From NCBI GenBank assembly GCA_002269645.1, contig NIVC01000831.1, forward strand, positions 124,001-188,000: a stretch of 64,000 nt of DNA, in the 5' to 3' direction. The position numbers were made by a program, and so were the translations under genes. Below the pieces are notes generated by a model, which worked only from the letters and a program-made list of their open reading frames with translations, made no database searches and was not told the origin of the DNA. This stretch comes from Macrostomum lignano. Taxonomy: Eukaryota. Shown in pieces: positions 46,806 through 60,420 of this stretch. Every line of letters starts with the position of its first letter. Position 1 is the first letter of the stretch.

Positions 46806-49312
46806 TCACGGTAGCACAGAGAAAAACTCATTGATTTCGGCCAGCGTCATTGACTCATTGAGGTGTTGGCAACAGCCACGGCCCGAACAACTCCATTGAG
46901 ACTGGCGCCTTCTCCGGTAAACCTGCGACCCACCGACAAAAACTGGCAGGGCAGCTGATGATTGGCATTCCAATTGTCTTCGTTGACAGAGACAAAATTG
47001 CCGTTAAAGTACATTGACGAAAGGGCGAAGTTGCCGGCTTTGACGGTGACCCCGATGTTGATCCACGACTCGTTGCTGGCTGGCAGCAGATTTTGATGGT
47101 CGGAGTACAGCACGAACCTGTTGCTTTCGGAATTTGATATCATCTTTGCAAAGTAAACTCGATTAGCCGAATCGTACTCCCAAACGTGGGCCCCATACGT
47201 AACCCAGTCTGAGCAGGACACAGCCTCCATGAAGGGCTGGATCCTCGGCTGCCTCCTAAGCCTCATCAGCCACGTGAAGCTGGCCGACGGGTCGCTCGAG
47301 ACGAAGCGAGTACGACGATGTCCCGTCGAAGCGGGCGCCCTCCTCAGTCCACTGCAGGTTCGCGCTCTCCAGTCGGTGGCCGCCGCCGCCGCCGCTGTCG
47401 CTCTGGCACACCAGGTTGCTGAACCGGCTGCTCCCACCTGCCAGCCACACGCCCACCAGCTGAGCGTCGAGCGAGGCGTCGCAGCTCGCCAACGACAACG
47501 CACGATACACCGAGCACTGCGACTGCTGCACTGCAGCTCCAGCTCCGATCGCGACGGCACCGCTTGCCTGCATCGTGCGACACCTGCTGGTAGTAGGGGG
47601 CGACCCAGTCCCGGGCCCGGGCCCGAAAAGTCGGGAATCCCGACCAAAATCGTGGCCCGACCCGGGCCCGGGCCCGACCCTAAAAAAGTCGGGAAATCGG
47701 GACAAGTCTTTTTTCCCTAAAGGCACTAACCGCGTGCGAATAAGAATAAAATTATTTTTCAACATATTCACACTAATTTACGTTTAATTCCAGCCCCAGG
47801 AAAATGCAACTGCAACTGCAACTGTCTGTGACCGTGAGTGTCAGCCACAGCAGTTTCCACTTTCCAGGAAGATCGGATTTTTTTCCAGGAAGATAAAATT
47901 AAAACAGTTTTGCAATACTTTTTTGCAATATTGATTCCACTTTACACGCTGCAGGCTGCAGCCTAAAAGCAAAAATATGATTCTTTAAAAAGTTGATTTG
48001 TCATTTTTAAGCTTTTGTAAATAACATTTCCTATTTACATTCCAAGAAGTACCTATTAAGGGCCAAGGCAACCATTTTTCCAAGAAGTTTGCTATCTATC
48101 AGTATCAGAGTTTGTAATCGTGTTCATATTTGTATCGTATTCGTAGGTAGTCGTAGTCGTAGACTCATAGTATCGTATTCGTAATCATATTCGTTTAGGT
48201 GGGTAGGTGAGCAGGTAGGCAGGTATCAGCTAATTACTTGTATTTCCATTGTCTGTTTGCCTGTTCTGTTGAGACAGTTGAGTGTTGTGTTGTGTTGTCA
48301 CTTCATTTGTGTTCTGCTCTGTTGTCTTGTCTTGTTGTCTTACTGAATACTGACTGTGTACATGGCTCTTTACATTGAAGCTATGTAAAGGAACTAAAAA
48401 TTCAAATAAAAGAATCAATCAATTGATTTGGTTCTTACTTGCTTAATGCTTCCAATGCCAAGTGCCTTACACTTAATGCTTCAGCTTTTCTTCTTTTTGA
48501 TTACTGCCACTGCCAGTGCCAGCCGCACTGCCGCAGTGCCTGCTTGCCTACCTCACTGCCTGTTAGTGTCATTGTCACTGGCACACACACAGTACTTGTG
48601 CCACACAGGGACATTGAATTTGAACTATTGAGTATATTGATATTTGAGTATTAAGTCTTTTAATGTAACTCTTATCTATTCTGAAGTCGTAACTAATGTA
48701 TTAAATAATAATAATATTTATTATATTTATATATTATTATATATTTAATGTATTTATATATTATAATATATTTGATGTTTATCATATATTTATTATACAT
48801 TTAATATATTATATTAAATTTAAAAATTCATATATTTATTATATATTTAATAGTAATCCGCATATGCTAAAAGTATTAAGATTTATTATGATTTTTTTCC
48901 AATTATTGAGCTGTCCTAAAGATCTTGTCCCGAATTCCCGAGGCCCGACCCGGGCCCGAGTCCTCATTCCCGGGCCCGACCCGGGCCCGACTTTGGCCGT
49001 CCCGGTCGCCCCCTACTGGTAGTGGAAGAGCGAGCACACACCTGTCTGCTTGTTCCACTCAAGCACCAGGTCGTCAGGCTCGCTGCTCGCTTTCAACACG
49101 CAGGCTTGCAGGCTTTGCGAGCTCCATCGAGTCAGCGCCGAGGTCTCGTCGAGGCAGTGCGGCATTCGGTACTGGCACCAGCGTCTGCTGCAGCTCGTTG
49201 CCGAGTCAGCAAGAGGCAACAGCAGAAGAAGAGCGGCTGTCATGATGATTTTGCAGCTGTGGGTTTTGCCCGGTGATTCCATTTTGCTTAGCGGCTTAGC
49301 GGTACTGAGCAT
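46806..49312 (-). pseudogene. Disrupted gene for a secreted protein: signal peptide + PAN/apple-like Cys domain + LamG/concanavalin-like domain
   Basis: [14 protein letters not shown] signal peptide and Cys-spaced module up to GVCSLFHYQ, broken by a TE at 49015-47594. Resumes with LVGVWL..GARFDGTSSY and WINIGVT..MYFNG..LSVGRR..LNGVVRAV (LamG-like). At least two frameshifts and an 8-bp duplication giving a premature stop. Confidence 0.65.
47594..49015. mobile_element. 1.42-kb non-autonomous hAT-like element inserted in coding sequence
   Basis: TIR TAGGGGGCGACC / GGTCGCCCCCTA; target duplication CTGGTAG(T); subterminal CCCGGGCCCGA repeats; AT-rich interior with no transposase ORF. Confidence 0.88.
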
Positions 49313-49879
49313 GAGATGTTGCGCGTGGGTTTTTGCCGTCGGCTTTTTGCCGACTAAATTGCTTCAGCTTGTCTTCTCTGGCTCTCCGTAGCGACGGGAG
49401 CAGCGGAGTGGGGAGGGGAGTGGCTTGGATGTTGCGACAGGGGAGCTCGCTTGTTTGGTATGAGATGCGGGCAAAGCGTTGATGGGCTGCGCTCGGGTAC
49501 TCAGTGGGGTGGCCAGCAATTGCCATTAATCAGCTGCATTTTATTTGACGCGGAGGCCACAGCTCTGCAGGCTTCCTGCGTCATCATCGCTATTGAAGTT
49601 GCTTTATGTCTCTTGATCGGTCCCCATCGACGTGATTCCCATCCCCATCCTCCTATTTCCTGATCAGTTGTTGCAGCTCTATGCATTTTTAATGAGCTCA
49701 CTGGTGGGATGAGCTGCGGGCCTTGGCTGTTTTCATAGCCATCGGCTGCTAGGGTGCAATGCAAGGGTTGAGAGGCAGCTACAGGTATATCTGCGTTGTG
49801 GCCTGGATGATAGGCAAGATCGAAATTCAAACCTTATCTGTTCTACTTACTCAGTAGTATTCGGCGAATGTCTCTTGGC

Positions 49880-50125
49880 TTTACTTACTTAATTTAGCTT
49901 AGGTGGTTCCAGGCATCCGGATACAGCGGAGGTATAGTCTAGGTATAGAGGTATAGGTGAGCTGTCCCTGAGTAAAGGCGGGGCATTCACAGATGAAGTG
50001 CTTTGCATTCTCAACACCGGAGAAGCAGAATGGGTGTGCCTCTCACTGCGGATTCTTCCGCAGGCCTGAGAGGTCCATGATCACCGCCCTGATATCCCTT
50101 CGGTTTGGTCCAAGCAGGGCCCTGC
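49880..50125 (-). mobile_element. Degenerate 3' end of a non-LTR retrotransposon (LINE)
   Basis: Translates LLGPNRRDIRAVIMDLSG..*..PFCFSGVENAKHFICECP..LR, resembling the C-terminal C..C...E..HF...CP..R knuckle of RNase H-containing LINEs. Followed by (TAAG)n-like sequence. Confidence 0.5.
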
Positions 50126-50426
50126 ATGCAATATACAAAGAAGTTTTGTTAGATTTAAAATTTGCAAGGCTGAAAAGTGCAGTTGCAATCAAATCATTTC
50201 GAAGTCGATTTGAACTCAAACATGGATTCTCAACAACCCATTGAGCCATAAATTTAACCACCCTAACCCTGAGTATATGTATATGCAATAATATCCGCAG
50301 GAGGGCTGTATACTCACTCTCGCAGAAGGCCTTCAGCGACATGGTCTCACAACCAGAGCTGAGGCAATTCCGCCCCTTTCCACTGACTACTGAGCACATA
50401 CAAGCAGTACTGTATGCAGACACACA

Positions 50427-51075
50427 CAGTGGTCGTGGCGGTGGCGCGAATTCGCGCCTGCGCGAAAATGGCGCGAATACGCGAATTCTGTGACCATGGC
50501 GCGAAAAATGCGGATGGCTAATGGCGCGAAAATATGAAAAATATTCCCCCATTTTTGCGCTATTTTTTCATTAAGAAGCTTTAAACTCCAGGCACCCATT
50601 TGAATAATTAAATTTCATGATGTTCTGCACCTCCATAACTATTTTTACCTTCATATTCACATGTGCATGTCTGAATTTGTTGGGTATTCTTAGCTGTATA
50701 TACATACATGCGCAACAGTCGGCCGAGTCGGCCGATCCGGCCGACCGATTTGGCGGCCAATCAAGGAAGTCGCAAAAATGCCCACCCAAAAAATAACCTG
50801 AATAGTAGTACTAAGTAGCTGACGAGGCATTTTAGCTTAATAAAACAGTCATAGTTACTCCTGCCGTTTACCCAAAGTTGCGTTAATTTTGCTTTCGGGT
50901 TTTTTATATGTAAGTCGCATTTTTGGCCAAAAACTACGTCGCATTTTTGTTAAAACTAAGTCGCACGACTGACCGAATTTTGGAGGTTGCACATGTATGT
51001 GTATATATAGATACCTTTGGCGCGAAAAAATTTGGGTGGCGCGAAAATTTAGAAGGAGACCCGCCACGACCACTG
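50427..51075. mobile_element. 649-bp hAT-type MITE upstream of RNF217
   Basis: Perfect 15-bp TIR CAGTGGTCGTGGCGG; TSD GACACACA/GACACGCA (7 of 8); subterminal TGGCGCGAAAA repeats. Confidence 0.88.
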
Positions 51076-51754
51076 GACACGCACTATCTGGCATACACAT
51101 GCTCACACAGGGTGCACTGTGACTTTCGAATCGTCGAGCTTTCCAAAGGGGTCGCCCTTCAAAAACCAGAATCGTACGACAAACCACCCGGCAATTTTTT
51201 TCTTTCGCGAGACCCCAAGGTAACTAGACTGCACACGTCAGTGACTTCGGCACGAGAGTTTGGATATCCTTGATGCATAATTTGACACTGCTACATGTAC
51301 ATGCAGATATAGTAGCGCAGGCTGTGTGGAACACTGTCACCGTCTGAAAGCTGTATAAACAAGGCTGTTTGCTTCTTAACTCTCGGAGACAAGTTTTAGC
51401 TAAACAGTATAAAGAAGTACAGCATGGCCCATGCTGTAGACGCACAGCAATATGCACAATAATGTGCACCTTTGACGCTTTCTTCTGCCGTAGCAGCGGT
51501 TTTATCTGCTGAATTTCTGTGCGCAAAGTATTCTAATTATAGCTCTGACTCACCTGCAGGCGCACTCCTGTTGTTAAGTAAAGCGAAACTGCCCATGAGG
51601 TGAACTCGCGACAGGCTACACAGCACCTCGTCTGACCACGCCATTCAATCTTTATAAACGGCCCTACTGAAAAGAAGAGAGGCTCGAGAAAAGAAACTCG
51701 TCTGCATCTGCCTACACAAAGCTCTTAAAAAGTTATTGGCAGAAAGAAAGAAGT

Positions 51755-53394
51755 ATGAGCTCACAAGTAGCGTCTCTGGACGAGGTGTCCATAAATTCGA
51801 TCAACATCGAAGCGGCGTCGATTGAATCGTCACCTGTTGATGCTGAAATCAACGAAGCCGTCATTGCGTCCGCCCTTGAGATAATGGACAGTCCGGAGCA
51901 GATGGCGGCGCTGTCAGATGAAGATCGACAGCGGGTGTTGGAAATTACTCGCAATTACTTCGGAGAACATCGAGACAGCGATGTCTCTGAAACTGAAGAG
52001 CGCTCGTCCGCTGGCAGTGAAGCTACCGACGACAACCTCCAGTCTGTGATGCAGGAAGCGAGCTTGGCGCTGACCATGCGGCTGCTGCACGAGGAGCTGG
52101 GCGACGCCATGTTCGCCGACCTGCCCCGCTCGTCGCTTTTCGACATCGTCCACTCGATCGGCAAAGTTGCCTGCGCAAACGGAGAGCCCGTAGTGGAACT
52201 GCTGGAGTGCAGCTCTGCTGCGAACATCCTGCCGAGACTGCAGGCCTGGCCCGCCTGCCACCAGCAGCTGCAGGACAGCGCGGCGAGCTCCGAATTTTAC
52301 AACCTGTTCACCGCGTCGATGCACGAGCTCAGCGAGCGGGCCGGAACCCGGGACGAGTCGGAAGGCGAGTACAGGCTGGGCCAGTGCGACATCTGCTGCA
52401 GCGAGGACGACAGCCTGCTGTGGCTCGGCGGCTGCTGCCAGACCTCCGTCTGCGTGTTCTGCCTGCACCGCTGGCTCACTGACCACCTGATGGAGGTGGG
52501 CGCGAAGCTCGGCTGCCCGGGCTGCTCAGCCGTGCTGACGGTGCCGCAGCTGCGCCACCTGCTCAGCGACTCGGCCATGAATCGACGAGAGCAGCTGCTC
52601 GCCAGACAACGCGGCGGCAACAGCAGCAGCGAACGAGACTGTCCGAGGTGCAGCTGTCTGACCCAGCGTCCCAGCAGGCGGATGCGGCTGCGCAACGGCA
52701 GGTGGCAGAAGGAGCACGGAGGCGTCACGGTGAAGTGCGCCCAGTGCGACTACGTCTGGTGCTTCGACTGTCACTCGCCGGCGCATCCGGGACTCTCGTG
52801 CCGCAGGTTCCGGTCGGGAGTGCACCTGCTGGAGGACTGGGCCAAGCAGTTGGAGCAGTCGGGTCTGAGGAAGGCCCGCCGGTGTCCGAAGTGCAAGGCG
52901 ATGATTGAGAAAAACGACGGCTGCAATCACATGACGTGCGCGCACTGCGAGCACGAGTTCTGCTACCTGTGCAGAAAGCGGTGGCGGATTCCGCAGCTGA
53001 AGATCCCCTATTTCCGCTGGAGCGTGTTCGGCTCGCATTCGAATCGGCTGAGCGTGTTCGGCTGCCGTGAGAAGTTCCTGCCCAACAGGCCGAGACTTCG
53101 ACGACTCGTTCGAGGCTCCCTTTTCGGTAAGAGTCGCCGTCCAGAGGACTGCAACGATCGTAAAGCAGTGAACGGACGACCATAATAATTATGATTTCAT
53201 TCTGAATGTTCAGTCAGAACTTGATATTGATTATTTCAGTTCTGCGCATCCTTGGACTCATCCTGGTGCCAACAGTCGGCCTGTCGGTCCTGCTGGCCGC
53301 GGCTGTCGCTCTGGTGGCAGTGGCGATCCCGCTCTCCCCGGTTATTGTCGCGGTGGTTGTGACGCTTACTTTAAAATCCCATCGCGTTGAGTAG
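51755..53394 (+). CDS. RNF217: RBR (RING1-IBR-RING2) E3 ubiquitin ligase with C-terminal transmembrane helix, RNF217-like, about 508 aa
   Basis: Exons 51755-53126 and 53240-53394 (phase 1). RING1 CDIC..CC..VC..C..CPGC; IBR; RING2 CPKC..IEKNDGCNHMTC..C..EFCYLC; family motif NRLSVFGC..LP.RP.LRRLVRGS; hydrophobic tail. Confidence 0.88.
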
Positions 53395-53936
53395 TGTCAG
53401 ACTGAATATTAACTTTTTGCTATAAAACTGCCTTTTTAATTGAGCTTTCATTGAATCTGTGGTAAATTATTAAAAAGGTTCAGATCTACAATACGCTTTA
53501 ATTATATGGTTTGGGTCTGATAGGTTTTCAGAAAAATATCAGCTCTAGACAATTGTAGGTTTATATCTACTTTTCACTCTTGAATATTCTCATATTTCGT
53601 ATTGAATGATGCTTATTTATACTTCCAGTGACTCTCTGTTGCCGTTGAGTTTTAATTAATGCATAATTCATGTAAAATAACTGATTAGAACATTAAGTAC
53701 TCGTAAAATTGAGTTCTTATATTTTTTTGCTGTAAGTTCCCGATTGTACAGTTTCAAAGCCAAGAATTTTTTGGCATGTCTGTTAGGTAAATAAACTGAA
53801 AATGTTATAAAAGTATTCCAAGGGCAACGCCATGGATTTTATGGTGGAAGGGGGACAAAGCCAAGAATTCAACATGTACATACATGGTACATGACTAAAT
53901 TTCAACATTTCCATTATTTTGAGAAACGTGTTCTCT

Positions 53937-54811
53937 GCGCTCATTTTAGCGCCACAGGCACTCATTTTAGCGCCGCAGGCACTCATTTTAGCGCCACAGG
54001 CACTCATTTTGGCGCCACAGGCACTCATTTTAGCGCCGCAGGCACTCATTTTAGCGCCGCAGGCACTCATTTTAGCGCCGCAGGCACTCATTTTAGCGCC
54101 GCAGGCACTCATTTTGGCGCCGCAGGCACTCATTTTAGCGCCGCAGGCACTCATTTTAGCGCCGCAGGCACTCATTTTAGCGCCGCAGGCACTCATTTAA
54201 GCGCCACAGGCACTCATTTTAGCGCCACAGGCACTCATTTTAGCGCCACAGGCACTCATTTTAGCGCCGCAGGCACTCATTTTAGCGCCGCAGGCACTCA
54301 TTTTAGCGCCACAGGCACTCATTTTGGCGCCACAGGCACTCATTTTGGCGCCACAGGCACTCATTTTAGCGCCACAGGCACTCATTTTAGCGCCGCAGGC
54401 ACTCATTTTAGCGCCACAGGCACTCATTTTGGCGCCACAGGCACTCATTTTAGCGCCGCAGGCACTCATTTTGGCGCCGCAGGCACTCATTTTGGCGCCG
54501 CAGGCACTCATTTTAGCGCCGCAGGCACTCATTTTAGCGCCGCAGGCACTCATTTTAGCGCCGCAGGCACTCATTTTAGTGCCGCAGGCACTCATTTTGG
54601 CGCCGCAGGCACTCATTTTGGCGCCGCAGGCACTCATTTTAGCGCCGCAGGCACTCATTTTAGCGCCGCAGGCACTCATTTTGGCGCCGCAGGCACTCAT
54701 TTTAGCGCCGCAGTCACTCATTTTAGCGCCGCAGGCACTCATTTTGGCGCCGCAGGCACTCATTTTGGCGCCGCAGGCACTCATTTTGGCGCCGCAGGCA
54801 CTCATTTTGGC
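53937..54811. repeat. 21-bp minisatellite (about 42 copies)
   Basis: Unit GCACTCATTTTAGCGCCGCAG. Confidence 0.95.
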
Positions 54812-55636
54812 ACCCTGAAGAAAAATTATTGATTACCACAACTGGTCACGCGCCTGAGGATTCTGACTATATTGTTATCAATATTTTCAATAATTGAAGT
54901 TGACAATTTCGTCCTGTTGGTCCTGTTGGATCTGCATGCAACTGGATATAAAGTAGCACAATGCAAAACTGAATTATAAAGAGTGCCAAAAAAATTTGAT
55001 ATGAGTGAAAATTATTTTGAGCCCAAACTATTTTAGATTAATTTGTAACGCTAAAATTATTTGAAAATTTGCGTACAAAATCTGTTTCAAGTGAAAAAAA
55101 AGTTCTTTCAATTTGCATGAGAAGTTTAACGCAGGTACTAATTTAGAAAGTTGAGTTTCAAAAACGAAAAAAATGTAATTCCATGAGCATATAGAAGCAA
55201 AAATAGTTTACGTCACTGTGAATTTACCGGTACGCTCGTACTTGCTAAAAATATCTTTTAAAAACTGCCGACAGCCGATTTTTAACCATTTTAGCAACAG
55301 AATTTGTGTTTTTGCACCTAAAAATAGCTTTTTTCATGTAATACTAACCGGACTAATAATGTACATGGAGAGTATTTACGTCATTCTTATCGCAGGCATG
55401 CGCAAAATGTTTTACTAACAGTAGAATAATAATGTTTGTTAATTTATTTTTGATAAGTTTACATTCTCTTTTGATAGAATAAGTGAAGTGACTTTACACT
55501 CTAGAACACATTTACCTGCTACGAGCGTAGTTATTTTTTCAAGTTAGTTACTTTGCCAGTTAGACTTTGGAACAGTATTGTCTCACGGGTGTAGGGCTGC
55601 TGTTCAAAGTGAAGTTGTGTTTATTAGATCAATTTG

Positions 55637-56305
55637 CATGTCTAACAGGTGAATTTGAGTATCTAACAGGTGAATTTGAGTATCTAACAGGTGAATTTGA
55701 GTGCCTAACAGGTGAGGTCACGTGTCTAACAGGTGAATTTGAGTGTCTAACAGGTGAGGTTGCGTGTCTAACAGGTGAGGTTACATGTCTAACAGATATG
55801 GTTACATGTCTAACAGATGGGGTTACATGTCTAACAGATGGGGTTACATGTCTAACAGATGGGGTTACATGTCTAACAGATGGGGTTACATGTCTAACAG
55901 GTGAGGTTACATGTCTAACAGATAGGGTTAAATGTCTAACTGGTGAGGTTACATGTCTAACAGATAAGGTTACATGTCTAACAGGTGAGGTTACATGTCT
56001 AACAGGTGAGGTTACATGTCTAACAGGTGAGGTTACATGTCTAACAGGTGAGGTTACATGTCTAACAGGTGAGGTTACATGTCTAACAGGTGAGGTTACA
56101 TGTCTAACAGGTGAGGTTACGTGTCTAACATCTGAGGTTACAGGTCTAACAGATGGGGTTACATGTCTAACAGGTGAGGCTACATGTCTAACACCTGAGG
56201 TTAGGTGTCTAACACCTGAGGTTAGGTGTCTAACGGGTGAGGTTAAGTGTCTAACAGGTGAGGTTAGGTGTCTAACAGGTGAGGTTAGGTGTCTAACAGG
56301 TGAAT
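55637..56305. repeat. 21-bp minisatellite (about 32 copies)
   Basis: Unit GTTACATGTCTAACAGGTGAG. Confidence 0.95.
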
Positions 56306-57380
56306 TGCGTACACAAAGGTGAACAAATTAGGCTTGTCTAACAGCACATATCTAGCTGCAGATGGAAGTCACTGATCACCTGTTAAGTGTGTGTTTTATC
56401 AATAACTGGCCATAGATTCTGGTTTACACATGACAAATTGCATCACAGATCATAAGCGCGCTGCACCTCTGCGGTTCTAAAAAACTTGATCCACACTGAC
56501 CTTCAAGTGTTTTCTGTATGTGTATGTGAATTTAAACAAGGCCCATATTGCAGGATTACATTAGGGAAGCCGCCCCTGGTCAAGTTTTGCTAGTCTTGCT
56601 TCGATCCAATCCAATTAATTTGTCGGTTACAGAACGCTCAGAATGCTAATGAGGCCGAGTCACTCGATTGTTTCTTATAAACAAGCGAGTTTTAGGTCAC
56701 TTATAATTAAGGCCCCCGCAGGGAAGCTGATCGAACAAATCAAACTACGCGAGGAACCAGAAGCTTTGATTAATAAATATAGCTCGTAGTATTAAGCAAC
56801 AAGTTGAAAACTCCCACAGCCAGAAATATTGACAAACCAGAAGCAATACTAGCCATGCAGAGAAAACAGATTAGTAAAACAAACGTGAGAAACACAGCGA
56901 CTGAAGTGGTTGCTAACCAAGGCAGAGAAAAACACGTTTAGAGTGTGCCTTTGCATTCTAATGCTTTGCATTCACTTTTGCTACTCGCTTCTGATGGCCT
57001 ACAGGCTCTGCTCTGAGTCAGCCAAAGGAAAGTTCAAGAAAAAAACGCCAAATTTCTTGTGCAGAATAAATGTTTGCCTTCTTCTATGTAGCTACATGCA
57101 TGTATGATACGACCGGGTGCCACGCTGCTTCTGGCATGCAGGCCGGCTGCTAGCAGATGCGGGATTGAAGCCATTCGACTCCGCGAGGCATGGAGGGCCG
57201 GCGGTGGGGGAGGGGGCGCGGCCCACGACTGAAAGCAAGGAAAGGATCAAGTTTCCCTGAGACATGCTGGCTGGCAGCACAGCAGCTCGAGATGGGAGAG
57301 TGACAGGGCCGGATATGAGGAATCAATTGGCGCTCCTGCCTCTCCTTCGGATTAATGGACAGTTCGTGGACACTATCTGA

Positions 57381-59269
<1,889 letters not shown>

Positions 59270-59639
59270 CATCCGCCTCTCCCTTGTTCTATCTCTCCCT
59301 GTCTTAATCCTAGCCTTCGCTTAGCCTTAAGCCTATGTTGATCTGAGGCAAAATCTTAATCCGCATCCCCAACCTGCCCTGGAAGTCATGCTGCGCTGTC
59401 ATAGGAAGTGTTTCAGCGGAGATTAAAATCCGGAGCGTTGCATTTCTTGCTGAGCACGAGCAGTAGCATGCAAAAATCTGTAATATTTTATTGCACAGCG
59501 CAGCGACTTGGCGTGCCAGGCTTTTCAATGCAAAGCATGAGTGACACGCCACATTGCATGCGTCTCATATCGCATTTGACGGAGCCCGCCTCGCCGTTTG
59601 CTTCAAAGCAATCCTATTTAGAACTGAAAGCTACGCGAA

Positions 59640-60090
59640 CGCATTGAAACAGAGTAGATATTGGCCTAAACGCTTGTGTTTGCTTTGCCACACTACAGAA
59701 CAATGGGCACTGTTCTTGAGACCAAGCCTCAACCTTGGGCGTGGCTTACTACATTCTTCTCTGATGGCCTTGTGCATCTTGGGCTGGGTACGGCTAGCCA
59801 GCTCCAGTTTCACAACACACAGTTTGATGATCGGATATCGCATACCTGCCTGGCCTTCGGAAGTTTGGAGTTTTATAGAAGACAGTATTATACTGCTAAA
59901 TACGAATTCTGGCTGGGACTCCGCTGTTTACCGACTAGCATGCGGTGTTAGAGAGGCGAGGAGAGACAGATAACTATAGTCTATTTGTGTGCTAATATGA
60001 CACGTCAAGAATTGTTTGATATAAGAATAAGGTCGATTCGAGGTAGGAAGGCTCATAAGAGCAGTAAAGGCTTTATAAGCACCTACGAGC
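59640..60090 (-). mobile_element. Highly degenerate reverse-transcriptase fragment (LINE remnant)
   Basis: Frameshifted translation gives AYKAF, VNSGVP and, after a shift, SVFSSII, RY and GLKN, in the order of LINE RT motifs. Weak similarity. Confidence 0.35.
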
Positions 60091-60096
60091 GTAGAT

Positions 60097-60420
60097 CGGG
60101 GGTCGGCAAACTTCTGGGGCCCAGTCAGGGGCCAGCGCACTCGAGGAGGGGAAGTGGATAGGTAAAAGAGAATAGAGAAGAGATAGGAGAGAGAGACGAC
60201 GAGAGGAAAGATATGAGAGGAGAGGAGAGAAAAGAGAACATAGAAGAGAGAATAGGAGAGTAGAGAAGGAGAGGAGAGAGGAGAGAAAATAAAAACTATA
60301 GGAAATCCGAGAGAAGAGAACCGAGAAGGGAGAAGACACAGACCTTGACCGGGCCGGATTGCTATTGTGAAGTCTGAAAGTACCCTACAGCCGAATAGAG
60401 AGCCTTTGCGGGCCCTAGAT
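60097..60420 (-). mobile_element. Truncated inverted copy of the CAGGGGT-family hAT-like MITE (GA-rich core)
   Basis: CGGGGGTCGGCAAAC terminus; 60390-60418 is approximately the reverse complement of GGCCCGCAAAGCCTCTCTATCCGG at about 3633. Confidence 0.6.

Noticed and set aside
49296-49830. Short minus-strand ORFs upstream of the PAN/LamG gene
   Set aside because: No recognisable domain and no consistent splice path into the gene.
1-56305. CRISPR-like appearance of the 16-38-bp direct repeats
   Set aside because: The units are contiguous with no unique spacers, there are no cas genes, and the context is eukaryotic and intronic.
56480-56800. Possible plus-strand RT remnant (PQGS-like motif)
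   Set aside because: Only one short motif and multiple stops; not enough support.
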